Shown: positions 1-11,944 of the stretch, in pieces | Layout of the letters: each line of letters opens with the position of its first letter | Numbering within the stretch: the stretch's first letter is position 1 | NCBI GenBank assembly: GCA_026023565.1 | Contig: JAPETS010000046.1 | Location: forward strand, 62,001 to 126,000 | Reading direction: 5' to 3' | Source: Cirrosporium novae-zelandiae | Lineage: Eukaryota | DNA length: 64,000 nt | Position numbers and translations under genes: made by a program | The notes under the pieces: model-generated | Told to the model about the DNA's origin: nothing | Seen by the model: only the letters and a program-made list of their open reading frames with translations | The model's database searches: none

Positions 1-91
1 TCCACTCTCCTTTGATTTCTTCGAAAGATACTCTCCTCTCACTCTCTCCCCTCTATCCTAACGTGAAACAAACAGATACATGTTATTTGCA

Positions 92-1976
92 ATGACCGTG
101 ACGAGATCGCAAACAGGGAAAACAGCACTGTACGTGACTATACCCCAACCTCCACCCTGAAAATTATGACGAGAGAAATGAGAGAGACAAAAGAGACGCT
201 CAACGGTGATATTGTAGGAAGCCCAAATGGCCTGGTTTTGTCCCGACACCTGGTTCCAAATCCCGGAAAAGTCGCTCTACCACTGCCGATATCCATGAGC
301 CAAAGGCAAAGGCGATCCATGTTGAACATGATTCCAGCTCTCCAATGGATCCAGTCCATATTATACCTTCTCCCAAGTCCAATGGTTCCATTAGTCAGCA
401 AACGAGAGATGTCCAAATAAACGGATCAAATGGCCATATCACAGAGGCAAAGGCATTGGAACATGAATTGGCCGTACCTAGAGATCCCAAGGTGGACGAC
501 AGTGGTGATTTTGAATTTGGTGGTGCGCTTGGTGTGTCGGCCATGATGATTGGATTTCCACTTCTCATGTGGTACATGTGGCTCGGTGCAACCTACTATA
601 ATGGCCATTTCCCTCTCCGTGCGGAAGGCCAGAAGACAATCGAGTTTTTCCAGCACATGGCTTCTTTGGTCTACACAGGAGCATTCCCTCATAGAAAGGC
701 ATGGTTGATGTACTGGCTGTTCTTTATCTTTGAGGGTGTATGCTATCTTGTGCTTCCTGGTGTGTATGCCAAAGGTAAACCATTGCCCCATGAAGGAGGA
801 AAACAGCTGACCTACTACTGCTCCGGAGTCTGGTCTTTTTATGTCACTTTCATCCTCGCTGCGGCTCTCCATTTTACCGGCATCTTCAAACTGGAGACCA
901 TTATTGACGAATTTGGACCTTTGCTAAGTGTTGCCATTCTCTCTGGTTTCCTGGTGGCTATTCTGGCATATTCCTCGGCTCTGGTGAGAGGCAAACAGCA
1001 TCGGATGACCGGATCTCCCGCATACGACTTTTTCATGGGCGCAGAATTAAATCCACGGATGTTTGGTCTTTTAGATTTCAAAATGTTTTTTGAAGTCAGA
1101 CTGCCATGGTTCATACTCTTGTTTCTTAGCTGTGCCACCGCAGCTCGCCAATATGATAAATATGGATACGTCTCTGGAGAAGTTTGTTTTCTTGTCATGG
1201 CTCATTTTCTCTATGCCAATGCATGCGCCAAGGGCGAGCAGCTTATTGTGACTACTTGGTAAATTCTATTCATTCTCCAACAGCCTGATAATCTGACACA
1301 TTCCTAGGGACATGTACTATGAGAAATGGGGCTTTATGCTGATTTTCTGGAACATGGCCGGTGTTCCGCTGAGCTATTGTCATTGCACCATTTATCTCGC
1401 CAACCATCACCCGTCAACTTATGCTTGGAATCCGGTTGCCCTCAAAGCACTTTTTGTCTTGTACCTTTTTGTCTACTGGGTATGGGATACGACGAACAGC
1501 CAGAAGAATGCCTTTAGACAACAGGAACGGGGAGGGTTTCAACCAAGAAAGACTTTTCCGCAATTACCTTGGCAGGTTGTCAAGAACCCTAGGATCATCA
1601 GAACCAAGACTGGGGATTCTCTTCTTGCTGACGGTTGGTGTAAGTGCAGTTCTTACCAGTTATTATTCCTTTTTAGGTCAACTAGCTAACCAAACTTCAG
1701 ACGGAAAGGCACGTAAGATCCATTATACCTGCGACCTATTCTTCGCCGTCTCCTGGGGACTTATCACTGGCTTCCGAAGTCCGTTTCCATGGTTCTATCC
1801 AGTTTTCTTTGCATCAATGATTGCTCACCGCGCATATCGAGACATTCAAAAATGCCGTGAGAAATACGGGAAAGCTTGGTCAGAATATGAACGGGTGGTT
1901 CCTTATTTGTTCATCCCGGTGAGTAGATGACCCTTTTCAATAAGCGCACACTAACAAACAATAGTATGTGTTTTAA
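92..1976 (+). CDS. ERG4: Delta(24(24(1)))-sterol reductase; exons 92-129, 218-1258, 1308-1639, 1701-1918, 1965-1976
   Basis: Spliced protein starts [10 protein letters not shown] and carries ERG4/ERG24-family motifs [86 protein letters not shown], ending VPYLFIPYVF*. All four introns are GT..AG and restore frame. Confidence 0.96.
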
Positions 1977-2334
1977 TTATCCAATACTACGGAAACCATG
2001 GTTCTATGCTTTAGTAACTTGTGCTGTTGATGTTGTATGATGTTTTTTTCTCAACCTTAGCCGCTATGACGCATGATTAATTGACCTTTTCTTCATTTCT
2101 TGACCGGGGTACGAGTGAAGTCTTAATATAGTCCCAATGTCAGTTGGGATAATTGTGTTTATGAATAATAATCGTACGAGCATTACCCACTTTTCTTTTA
2201 GAGATTGTTCTTAGTCAGCGAGTTGACTTGACCCCTCAATCTCAACCTTGAAAAAATAAAATCAAAGCCCTTGTTCTTCATAACCATCTCCACTCAATCT
2301 CCAATTGACAATTGAACGTCAACAATCATTCATC

Positions 2335-3732
2335 ATGCAGATCAAAGAGAGCTACCGTGACGTCGCCACTACGGCCGGAGGTGAAGGGACTATGCGTAAC
2401 ACAACACGAACCGGAGTATTCACTTAACATGAAGTCTTTACTGAAACAATCCAGGAATTCATTTATTCCATCCTGATATCCCCAATTATCCAAATGCCCG
2501 CTTCCCTGGCGTTGTCGTCTTCAGCGAGATTTACCAAGGTAAGTCAATTTAACCTTGCCAATTAACTGTACAGTACTGATATCGCCATTTCTTGCAGTCA
2601 CAGGACCAGTCCAAAGACTTTGCCGCCAAATAGCTGGTAATGGATACATCTGTGCGGCTCCTTCTACCTACCATGAGTTTACTGGCCCGGAGCCATTGGC
2701 ATATGATGGACCTGGTACTGATGCTGGAAACGAATGGAAAATCACAAAGGTTTTTTTTTCTCTTCATCATTAGTTTTGAACTCCTCTCACTTCCTCTCTC
2801 CCTTCTTCCCCCCCACACTCAAACTACATCTTCCCTCCCCCCTCTCCCTTCCATACACTAACCCCACCCAGCAACTTTCCGCCTACGACGAAGACGCAAA
2901 ACTAGCAGTCGACACGCTAATCTCCCTTCCCACCTGCACCGGCCGCATCGCAGCCACAGGCATGTGTCTCGGAGGCCATCTCGCATTCCGTTGTGCCATG
3001 GACCCCCGCGTCAAGGCCGCCGTGTGCTACTTTGCCACTGATATCCATAGTCATTCTCTGGGTGCGGGAAAGAATGATGATAGTCTTGCTAGGGCGGGGG
3101 AGATTAAGGGGGAGCTTGTTATGGTGTGTATTATCTGGCTATTTGCATATGTGTTGGTGTTGGTGGTATCGTTGGAGTTGTTTTCGGAATAACAGGTCCT
3201 TGAGACCCATCTGGATTTAACTTGACTCTTTCCTTTCTCCTTCCCTTTCCTATTCTTATTCCTTTCTAACATCCCCCCCCTCCCCCCCCTCCAGATCTTC
3301 GGAAAACAAGACACCCACGTCCCCCCCACCGGGCGCGACCTAATCCGAAAAACCCTCCACGAAAAAAATGTCCGATTCACCTTCTTGGAACTTGCATGGG
3401 CAGAACGTACGTTACTTTTTGATACTTTGCAATCCCCTCACCATCCCCCCCTCCTTATTTCCTTCCCCATCTCCCTACTATCTCACTATTCCCTTCCTAT
3501 CTTCCCCCCTCGCTATCACCCCCTATCCCCCCCACGTACCCACACTCCCAACCAAAACTAAAACAAAATCATAATAGACGCATTCATCCGCGACGAACTC
3601 AGCCGAGGCCGCTACGACCCGGGGTACGCTGCGATTTGTTTCAAAATACTATTGGAATTGTTTGATAGGACTACGAAAGTTGAGTTGGGGGAAGCGGGAA
3701 CAGGGGAGAGAGTTTTGGAACATGTTTGTTGA
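2335..3732 (+). CDS. Dienelactone hydrolase family protein (carboxymethylenebutenolidase-like), 6 exons
   Basis: Spliced: MQIKESYRDV..ARFPGVVVFSEIYQVTGPV..GRIAATGMCLGGHLAFR (G-x-C-x-G-G nucleophile elbow)..IFGKQDTHVP..HAFIRDELSRGRYDP..EHVC*, which supplies the Cys/Asp/His triad. Confidence 0.92.
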
Positions 3733-4823
3733 TTGTGGGGGAGGGAAGCAATGGTATGACATGAAATTTTACAAAAAAGAGAAATATAAAAAAAAAAAAT
3801 TTTTCTTTTTTTTTTATACCAAAAAAACCAAGTACAATAACTAAATATAATCGCTACGTAGTTTCCAGACAGCTTATCCTCACTGATCTATCTTGTCGAG
3901 TATAAATACTTAGTACTATGTAGATAGATTAGATAGATACACATATATATTGGTTATTAATTAATTATCAAAGATGTTCTTTTTTTTTTCCTTTCTTTTT
4001 TCCTTCCTTTCTTCAGGCTTACTTACTTATTATGCTATATGGTATATACTATAACCCATCCCTCCTATTCCTGCATCCCTGATGTCCCTCTCACATTTCC
4101 TTATCTTCTATCCCCTACTTTCTATCTCCCATACCTCCCTACGCCTATATAAGATAATATAGAAGTGATTTGCTGTACTTTTATATATATCTATCTAACA
4201 ATCAGCTATTTATACGACTAGAAAAAGGCTTATTTATTCGGGAATATTTGTAGGGTTGAATGCTGAATGTCGGATTTTGAATGTTGGTATTGGTTTTTAT
4301 TCCATGGGGAATGGGATGGGATGGGATTGGTGTATATGCGTGCATCTGGAAAACACAACAGAATGAAACAAGACCGATTGACTTGACTGAGCTATTTGAA
4401 GAGAGGGGTGAAAGGGAGGGAGAAAGTGGAAGGAGGAAATGGAGAAGGGAGTGTTTTTGATTTTCATCTCTTTAATAATTATGTTTATTTTTTGTTTTTT
4501 TTTGTTTTATTAAGCTTCCTTTTTCTTCTTTTTGGTAGTAGTAGGAGTAGTAGTAGGTCAGATGAGATGAGATGAGATAGGATAGGATGGGTTGGAACTG
4601 GAACTGGAATTAGGATTTGGATTAGAATTGGTTGTAAGAGTTTGAAGAGGTTGTTATATTGTGTTATGTTACATGCTAGGTATTGTAAGGTAAGATAAGG
4701 TAAGCTCAAGTAAAGTAATTAAAGCAATTAATTATCTAATTAGTTGACTAGACTAGTCTACCTAGATAACCCTAAGCTCATTAATTATTTTAAGTTAATT
4801 GTTATTTAGGTCATCAAGGCAAT

Positions 4824-4899
4824 TAAACTATTGAACTAATTATTGTAAACCAAATAAACTATTGAACTAATTATTGTAAGCCAAGTAAACTATTAAACT
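4824..4899. repeat. 31-bp tandem repeat, about 2.5 copies
   Basis: TAAACTATTGAACTAATTATTGTAARCCAAR units start at 4824 and 4855, with a partial copy at 4886. Confidence 0.9.
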
Positions 4900-5402
4900 T
4901 AGTAATCTAGTAATCTAATAAAATACTACTTGGGACTTATATTCTCCCTTTGGTAAATGTGAGATTGGACATGAGAAATATATGTTGGTTGGGTCGGAGC
5001 TAGGGGATGAAGGTCGAGGGGTGGAGGGTTGAGATGAAGTAGTGGATTCGGGGAAGAGGAAGAGGGGGGAAAGGGAAGGGAGTTATTTTCCCATTTTCAG
5101 TAAATACCTTAGGTATTCAGCCAATGGGTAAATAAATGAATAAGGGAGTTTGTACTTGGTTGGACTTGTGTGTTCAAGGGGAAAAATGGGGGGGGGGGAT
5201 GGAGAAGGTGAAGGGGTATGTAACTTATTTTATTTGTTCATTTCTTGGATATTAATCATGTGAATGAATGATATGAATGATGTAAATTGATGTGGATTAA
5301 AGTGAATGGCGTGCATGAATTAACGATTATTATCCGTTCAGGGGAGGAGGCGGTTGGTTATATAGAACCCGGAATCCACAATCTGAAAAGCGTAGGAACT
5401 GT

Positions 5403-5463
5403 AGGAATAGGGAAGGATATAAAAAAAGGAATAGGGAAGGATATAAAAAAAGGAATAAGGAAG
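5403..5463. repeat. 24-bp tandem repeat, about 2.5 copies
   Basis: AGGAATAGGGAAGGATATAAAAAA units start at 5403, 5427 and (partial) 5451. Confidence 0.9.
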
Positions 5464-7825
5464 TGAAAGGAGGGAGAACTATGCCTAGGTGTCAATATTT
5501 TAATTCCTTTTTTACTTCTTTCCAATTCCTTCGCGTTCCTCTATCTAGATTCTATATTCTTTTTTTTTTCTTTTGGAAATTATTTAGACTCTTAGGAAAT
5601 TCAAGTAGGGATATAAAAAGAAAGGAAATTAGGAAAAAAAGAAAGCAATAATAGAGAAAAATAAGTACGTAAAGTGAAACGAGATGAAAGAGGGGTGGAG
5701 CCGTACATACCCTAACCATATAAACACATAGCTTGGTAATATAGGATAGGATAGGATAGGTATATCAGACAGCCTGATTCAAGATCCCATACCGTACCCT
5801 CTAATCCAAACTTTCCTTTTCCTTCTCCTTCGTCTACACTTTAACACACCCTAACCTCCCCCCCCTACTAAAAAAACCAAGACGGAAAACGGAAAATAGG
5901 AGAAGAGAAAGGAAGAAAGATAAATCCTGATAACGTGTGTATATTGCCCCCCTCTCAAAAAAAAGAAAGAAAAGAAAAGAAAAGAAAAGAGTGGAGTAGA
6001 AAAAAAAAGAAGAGAGGAGGCCTGGAAAGGGGGGGGTTAATCTTAATTATAAAATGCAAATATATGATCTGGATTAAAGAATTTGGAGGGGATTGATTTG
6101 CTAGGTGGGTTGGGTTGGGGGGATACTAGATGATGGTATGGGGAAAGAAGGGGGAGGGGATATTGTATCTGTATGGGTTTGAGGAAGTAGGGCCAGAGTT
6201 GGGGCTGAAGTGTGCTGTGTACTGTGCCCCCGGAATCTATAACCCATAACCCGTAACTTATAACCTATACAAAGTATATAACCTGTATATAACACATAGT
6301 CTATATAACCCACCCTCCACCCTCCCCCTTTCCCCTCCTAAGCTCTACTTATAACCCAACCTCTACCCTCTGTCCTCTATCCCCCACCCTCTTCAATCCA
6401 CAGTAAATCCTCTTTCCCTCCCCCCTCCCCCCTAAAAAACAAAAAAGCAGAGGCGGGAATAAAGAATTTAGAATAATTGGGAATTTAATTAATTTGTTTG
6501 ATAGGTAGAAGGGGGTGGAAATGAATGGGAAGGGAAGGAAGGGGAGAGGGAATTGGGATAATTAGATTTTGAAGAGTAGGAGGAGGTGAGGTAATTATTG
6601 TACTAGAGTTGTACCGTGTACTATGTGTGGTATGATGTGAAATACTGTACCTATAACGTGGATATAACCCGTAACCTATAACCTATAACCCATCCTTTAC
6701 TTTCTCCCCTCTCTCCCCTCCAGCCCTTAAACTCTCCCTTCTCTCTTCTATCCTTTACCCTCTATCCCTCACCCTCTCCAATCTCCTCCCTCTCTTTTCC
6801 CCTCAAAAAAAAAGCAGAAGCAGAAAAAAAAAAGGAGAAAAAAATGTGGAAAAAGAGAGGGAATAGGAGAATATGGATGTTGGATATTGGTTCAAGGAAG
6901 AAAAGGAGGGGAAAGGGAGCAAGAAGAAAGAGGAGGAGGAGGAGAAGAAGGAGGGGGTAGAGTATATCTATATCATAACATCTATAATACTGGGTTTTGG
7001 GGGGGCTTTGGAATTTTTGGTTCATAATTAGGACGAGAATAAGAATAAGAATAATCAAAAAACAGAACTAAGAGTTATTGGGTTGGGGGAATTTTTTTTT
7101 AACAGGAAGAAGATATGGAGGAGGTTGTGGCTTATGAAATTATAAAGGTTGTATGTAGTGGTGACGGGTGACGGGTGACGGGCGATAATTTTTTATTTTA
7201 TTTTGTTTTGCTTTGTGTCAGTTGTTGGGGGGTTGTAGGAAACGAAGGTTATATGTGATTAAGGAGGTTAAGCCAACACCATTCGTACCTTTTTTACTCT
7301 GACCTAGATACTTGATTATTAATTATTAAACCAACTAAGCTAAAAAAGGGGACGTTAGTAGATATGGATACAGATACAGATACAAGATACAAGATACAAG
7401 ATACCTATGTATTAGGAATTAGGCTTTAAAGTGTCAGGTTGTTACTTACTAGGGATATAGATATAAGCCTCTAGTCTATATATGCATTATACTTAGTAAC
7501 AATAAAATAACAGTAAAATAAAAAGATGGTAGATGGAATAAGAAAAAAAAGGGGAAGAGAGGAGGAGGGGGAAGTGTTACGGAGGAGGTGGTAGGTTATA
7601 CACATATCTTAATATCTAACACCTGACCCTGGGTATCCATATCCGGGGTCAAGCTCAAGTTTATCTAAGTAGAGATAGATATATATCTTACGTCTCTTTT
7701 GGGCTTGCTTTCTAACTTGCTTTCTAACATTTAATATTTAATATTTAATATTCAATGGGAGAGAGGGGGTGTTGTGGTGGTGATTGTTTATTTTATATAT
7801 AAATAAAAAAGGAAAAAGGGGGGTT

Positions 7826-8445
7826 TAGTTGGGGATGTAAGAATAGCATAGCGAGAGTTTTTTGTTTTGGTTTTGGTTTTGGGTCTTTGGAGAGGGGATT
7901 ATCTAGTGAGTAATTATTTATAAATTTCTGGGGGTTTGGTTATCTGGTTGTGTGAGTTACAGAAAAATGTAGTAAGAAAGAGAAGAACTGTGATTTGGAT
8001 CAGAGGGTTGGATAATAGATAGTGAATTGAGGATATGATAATAGCATAGCATAGTAGTGTTTGGGGTCCTTGTAGAAAAGATAAGTGAGTGATTGTTTAT
8101 GGATTTTTTTGGTTTGGCTTGTGTAAATTGTAGGAAGGTATGATTAAGATCAAAGGGTTGGATCGTGGATAGCGAACTAAGGATATATTAATAGCATGGC
8201 ATAGTAGGTTTTGAAGTCTTTGTAGAGGGGATTAATAAATGGATGATTGTTCATGGTCTTTTTTGTTTGGTTTGGTTTGTGTGAGTTGTGCGAATTGTAA
8301 GCGGGTGCTCTGGGGGGACGAGAGGAGGGTTGTGGGAGGGTGTGGTGAGTTGCAGGAGGGTGTGATTAGGATCAGGGGGCTAGATAATAGATAGTGAATT
8401 GGGGATATGATAATAGCATAGCATAGTAGTTTTTGGGGTATTTTT
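7826..8445. repeat. Degenerate tandem repeat with a ~150-220 bp unit, about 3.5 copies
   Basis: Anchor GGATATGATAATAGCATAGCATAGTAG (and variants) recurs near 7832, 8031, 8181 and 8403; TGATTWRGATCARRGGG..GATAGYGAA recurs near 7991, 8140 and 8362. Confidence 0.8.
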
Positions 8446-8573
8446 TTGGTTTGTCTGTTTGTTTGTATGTCTGTATGTCTATTTATAAGTTCCAAGTCAG
8501 GCAGTTGGTTAACTGAGGGGATAGGGTATATAGACCAAAGTTCAAGAACTAATTCCATTTTTTCCCTTCATCT

Positions 8574-9566
8574 TCATTTCCCATACTTCCTCTCCAACCC
8601 CCTCATAATACTCATCGCGCCCCCCCGATACCCACCCCCAAAAATTGCAAAATGGTTCAAATGGTGATACAGCTCATACAAGCTAACCCGATCCTCATAC
8701 TCCCCCCTGGGCTCCAACGGCGGACAGAGCCGATTATACTCGGACCAAAACGATGGGCCGAACCCTCCAAACATCCTCTGCATCCCATGCTCGACCTCGT
8801 GTTCGCCGTAGTAGGCTGACGGGTCAAACACGACGTCCTCGACGGCAGTGGAGTTTCCAATTGAACCGCGGCCTTTGTTGCCGGACCACAAATCGCCGTG
8901 GATGACGACGGGGGTGAGGGGCGCGCCGTTGTTGAGGTGGTCGGGGCCTAGCAGGCGCGGAACCACTTTCGTGGCCATGCATTCCACTAAACGGTGGAGG
9001 TCCGGGTCTGCGCCGTTGGCGTGCTCCGCTTGCGCGCAGATGGCTCGGAGGCGGTTGTTGGCGTAAAAGTCCGGCCAGGATGGGGTAAAGTCGTTCGGTT
9101 GTGCCGTGTCGCCGCAGCAGGTCGTTACGGGGAAGCCGAAGACTGGCTCGCTGTAGTTTTCTGGGATCGGTGCGGGAGTCGTGTGGAGTTTTGCTAGTTT
9201 GGCTGCTAGGGATTTCCCTGAGCCTTTACTGGAGGTGGTGGGGCTTGGTGACATATCTAGGAAATCCGTGACGAGGTAGTAGGAGGCTGGGGAGTCGGCG
9301 CAGGGGCCCCAGGCAAAGGCTGCTGGGCAGAGTGTCGGTTCTACGTCGTGGATTGCGTTTAGGGAGGTATATTCGCCTTCGAACATGATGCGTGCGCCAT
9401 CGCCGCGCGAGGTTTTCATAAAGTAGTGTTTTTGTTTCGTGGGGTTCTCCGGGTCTGGGGCTGTGATTTTTGCTGTTGTGGAAAACCCTGAGCCGCCATG
9501 GTTGCGGACTGTGGACGTGGTGGGGTCTAGGGAAAGGGACTTGATTATCGCGCTGTCGAGTTTCAT
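8574..9566 (-). CDS. Fructosamine/ketosamine-3-kinase family protein, single exon, 330 aa
   Basis: MFEGEYTSLNAIH, LAKLHT, FGFPVTTCCGDTAQPN, HGDLWSGN (APH/FN3K catalytic loop), FDPSAYYG, MFGGF, RVSLYELYHHLNH. Confidence 0.94.
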   Translation of the reverse strand: MKLDSAIIKSLSLDPTTSTVRNHGGSGFSTTAKITAPDPENPTKQKHYFMKTSRGDGARIMFEGEYTSLNAIHDVEPTLCPAAFAWGPCADSPASYYLVTDFLDMSPSPTTSSKGSGKSLAAKLAKLHTTPAPIPENYSEPVFGFPVTTCCGDTAQPNDFTPSWPDFYANNRLRAICAQAEHANGADPDLHRLVECMATKVVPRLLGPDHLNNGAPLTPVVIHGDLWSGNKGRGSIGNSTAVEDVVFDPSAYYGEHEVEHGMQRMFGGFGPSFWSEYNRLCPPLEPRGEYEDRVSLYELYHHLNHFAIFGGGYRGGAMSIMRGLERKYGK

Positions 9567-10390
9567 GGTCGGTGATTGTGGGATGGGAGTAGTGGTGGTG
9601 GTGAAGTCAATTGGGATGGTGGGGGGGATCGATTGGGAATTGAGGTTGGGATTGGAATTGCCATTGTAAGAGGAAAGATGGCGAGGTAGATAGAAAATGG
9701 TGTTGAGATGCGACTCTGCGATACTGCAAGGGATGAGGTGATGAGGTGATGCGACGTCATCGGATGTTCATACAAGCAGTAAAGTTTGATTTCTGCCTGA
9801 GGCATCCAGTTGTTTGTTTCTTTGTCATTGTCCCACTTACACAAGCGTGATAGGGCATAGACCCTAGGTGGTTTGTGCGCCCACCTAGATAACTCTACCT
9901 TATTAATGTACTCTTTTAAGTTCTTTCAGCTCAGCAACCCATAAGACAAAGTACCCCAAGCAAACTCGAATACACAACTTCACGTGCTTTATCTCAATTG
10001 CTTGTTACTCGTATTCTAATTAAGCCCCTCTAAAGTTTGGCCCCAGATTCAGATAAGATAATTACTTTAGTGTAATTAAAATTATTCCCGCTTGCGGACT
10101 AATTATATCAAGAGAACCTTTTTCCGGATATCGTCAGCTCAAAACATTCTTGCTAATTCAAATAGCAAATTAAACAAAGAAAAGGATTTTTTTCCTCATC
10201 CCAAGTCAAGCTCGATACCTTATTCAACCATGCATATTCCCATTACCAGAACCTCCATTTTTACTAGGGAGGATTTCCCTTGTGCGGATATATATCAAAC
10301 ATTCCTTATATAATTGAATCATTTACTTGTCTTATTCCTTGAATCACAGAATTCCACTGAGCTTCATTTGTTTACCCTTGTCTTTGAACT

Positions 10391-11944
10391 ATGGCACCAT
10401 ATACTAGATCTATGGCTGCTAGGGACAAGCTGGCTGGGCTTGATGCGATAAAAGACGTGGATGACGAAGAGGTGGAGTGTCTAAATAATATCAAAGAAAT
10501 CACAAAACTGAAACCAACCAAACGTGAAAGGGGCAAAGAGGGAAGAGGGAGAAGCAGCGACAGAGGCATAGGTACAGGTACAGGCACAGACTCAGACACA
10601 GGCAGAAGCCAAGGAAGGAAAGAGAATTTAATAGCAAATACTATCACCGCAGGTCGCGGAACAGATGGTCAGATGGACAGATCCAACAGCCCTAGCATGA
10701 AGCCAGATGACCTCGACAAGCATATTAAAGTACCAACTCAAAAGGAAGGAATCCTCGAACAAAAGCTTGAAATTGACTCATCAAGTATATTTCTAATCTC
10801 GCCGATGGACCCCTCAAAGGAAGCCAAGGTAAAGATGACGTACATAACGGAAACAAACAAAATCCCCAAGTCCGAAAATACACAACCAAGAAGAAACCAC
10901 GGTCAGATCGGATTCGATCTAAACAAACTTCAGGAGCTCGGAGCTCTCGAGTATGCCGGAGCTCAGGAACCAACACTCGATAATGAAATTTATGATATCT
11001 GGGATAAAGTCTTTTTTGACGCTGGTTTCATAGAGGGATCGACACAAGAGAAGCTAGATGAAGTTTATGAAACGATCAAACCTGCATTGCGATTAGCGTC
11101 TCTGTGGATTACCCGTGAAGAATATGTTCCGTTCTGGAATACGCTGCTCTTAGGAGAAATCAAGACGTGGGAGCATGACCATATAGGCACGCTAAAAAGA
11201 TTCATGCCATATCCATCCCCCCAAAAGCAAACACCCGAAACATTGTATGAGACAAAGAGGTCTCTCCTAAAAAAAGGCCAGATCACATTTCTACCCATTG
11301 CCAACCACTGGTCAAAAACCATTGCGAATTTCAAGAGCGCCATGGGAATACCCTATCCGCGCTCCATCTCTGTCATGGCCCTACATGAGGATTGGTTCCA
11401 TGTTGGTCTCATGCTCAAAGATTTCGGCGTATCTCAACGTCTCCGCTTCTACTTCTTTCTAGCCGTAAACCTATGTCACATCCTGGTGCATTTCGCATAT
11501 CACCAACGCCTACGAAATAATAGCAACAACAGCTTCCTTCCCATCAGCCCCTCTGAACCCTGCTACTTCTCCGGCAAAAAGCTAATTACAGCTGGGGAAC
11601 TCGGCATCGCCTGGGAATACTTCATGTTCGCTGGCACCATCCAACAAATAAATCAACCACTCACTCCACTTTCCCCCTTCGGCCTCGCCCATCTGCCCTT
11701 TGAAATGGCATATTGGGGTCGCTCAAGGGACAAGCACATGCGAATCACCGCTATAGACATGGAGTGGATTCACAATTTATTTTGTAAGAGCTGGTGGGAG
11801 GGGGAAAAGGAACAAACTAAGCCAGGAAGTCCTGGGTTAACAAAGGCAAAGGCGACAGTGCTGAGAACGATTGATCATGAGGATTTCCTGAGCGGTGTGT
11901 TCAACTGTAAGCGAGATAAATGTTATATCCAAGGACATGTATAG
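10391..11944 (+). CDS. Hypothetical protein, 517 aa, single exon; low-complexity N-terminus and a C-terminal domain with a degenerate zincin-like motif (CHILVH...GELG)
   Basis: Long uninterrupted ORF with ATG start. The C-terminal half is Trp/aromatic-rich and looks globular (LRLASLW, FFLAVNLCHILVHFAY, EPCYF, GELGIAWEYFMFAG). Confidence 0.75.
   Translation: MAPYTRSMAARDKLAGLDAIKDVDDEEVECLNNIKEITKLKPTKRERGKEGRGRSSDRGIGTGTGTDSDTGRSQGRKENLIANTITAGRGTDGQMDRSNSPSMKPDDLDKHIKVPTQKEGILEQKLEIDSSSIFLISPMDPSKEAKVKMTYITETNKIPKSENTQPRRNHGQIGFDLNKLQELGALEYAGAQEPTLDNEIYDIWDKVFFDAGFIEGSTQEKLDEVYETIKPALRLASLWITREEYVPFWNTLLLGEIKTWEHDHIGTLKRFMPYPSPQKQTPETLYETKRSLLKKGQITFLPIANHWSKTIANFKSAMGIPYPRSISVMALHEDWFHVGLMLKDFGVSQRLRFYFFLAVNLCHILVHFAYHQRLRNNSNNSFLPISPSEPCYFSGKKLITAGELGIAWEYFMFAGTIQQINQPLTPLSPFGLAHLPFEMAYWGRSRDKHMRITAIDMEWIHNLFCKSWWEGEKEQTKPGSPGLTKAKATVLRTIDHEDFLSGVFNCKRDKCYIQGHV

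Larger units (their letters stand above)
3733..8573. repeat. Low-complexity intergenic desert 1 (mosaic of short tandem repeats, homopolymers, alternating G-rich and C-rich blocks)
   Basis: GGATA, GAGAT, AAAAG, GATACA, GTGACGG repeats, poly-A/G/C tracts; no credible ORF; lies between convergent genes. Confidence 0.9.

Noticed and set aside
4824..5463. Direct repeats as a CRISPR-like array
   Set aside because: Eukaryotic context; the repeats are head-to-tail with no unique spacers.
6238..6692. Telomere-like TAACCC/TATAACC repeats
   Set aside because: Only scattered, degenerate units within a slippage-rich region; no tandem (TTAGGG)n array.
4485..8667. Short ORFs in desert 1, and equivalents in deserts 2 and 3
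   Set aside because: Translations are homopolymeric (poly-L/F/I/K/P) products of simple repeats with no domain motifs.
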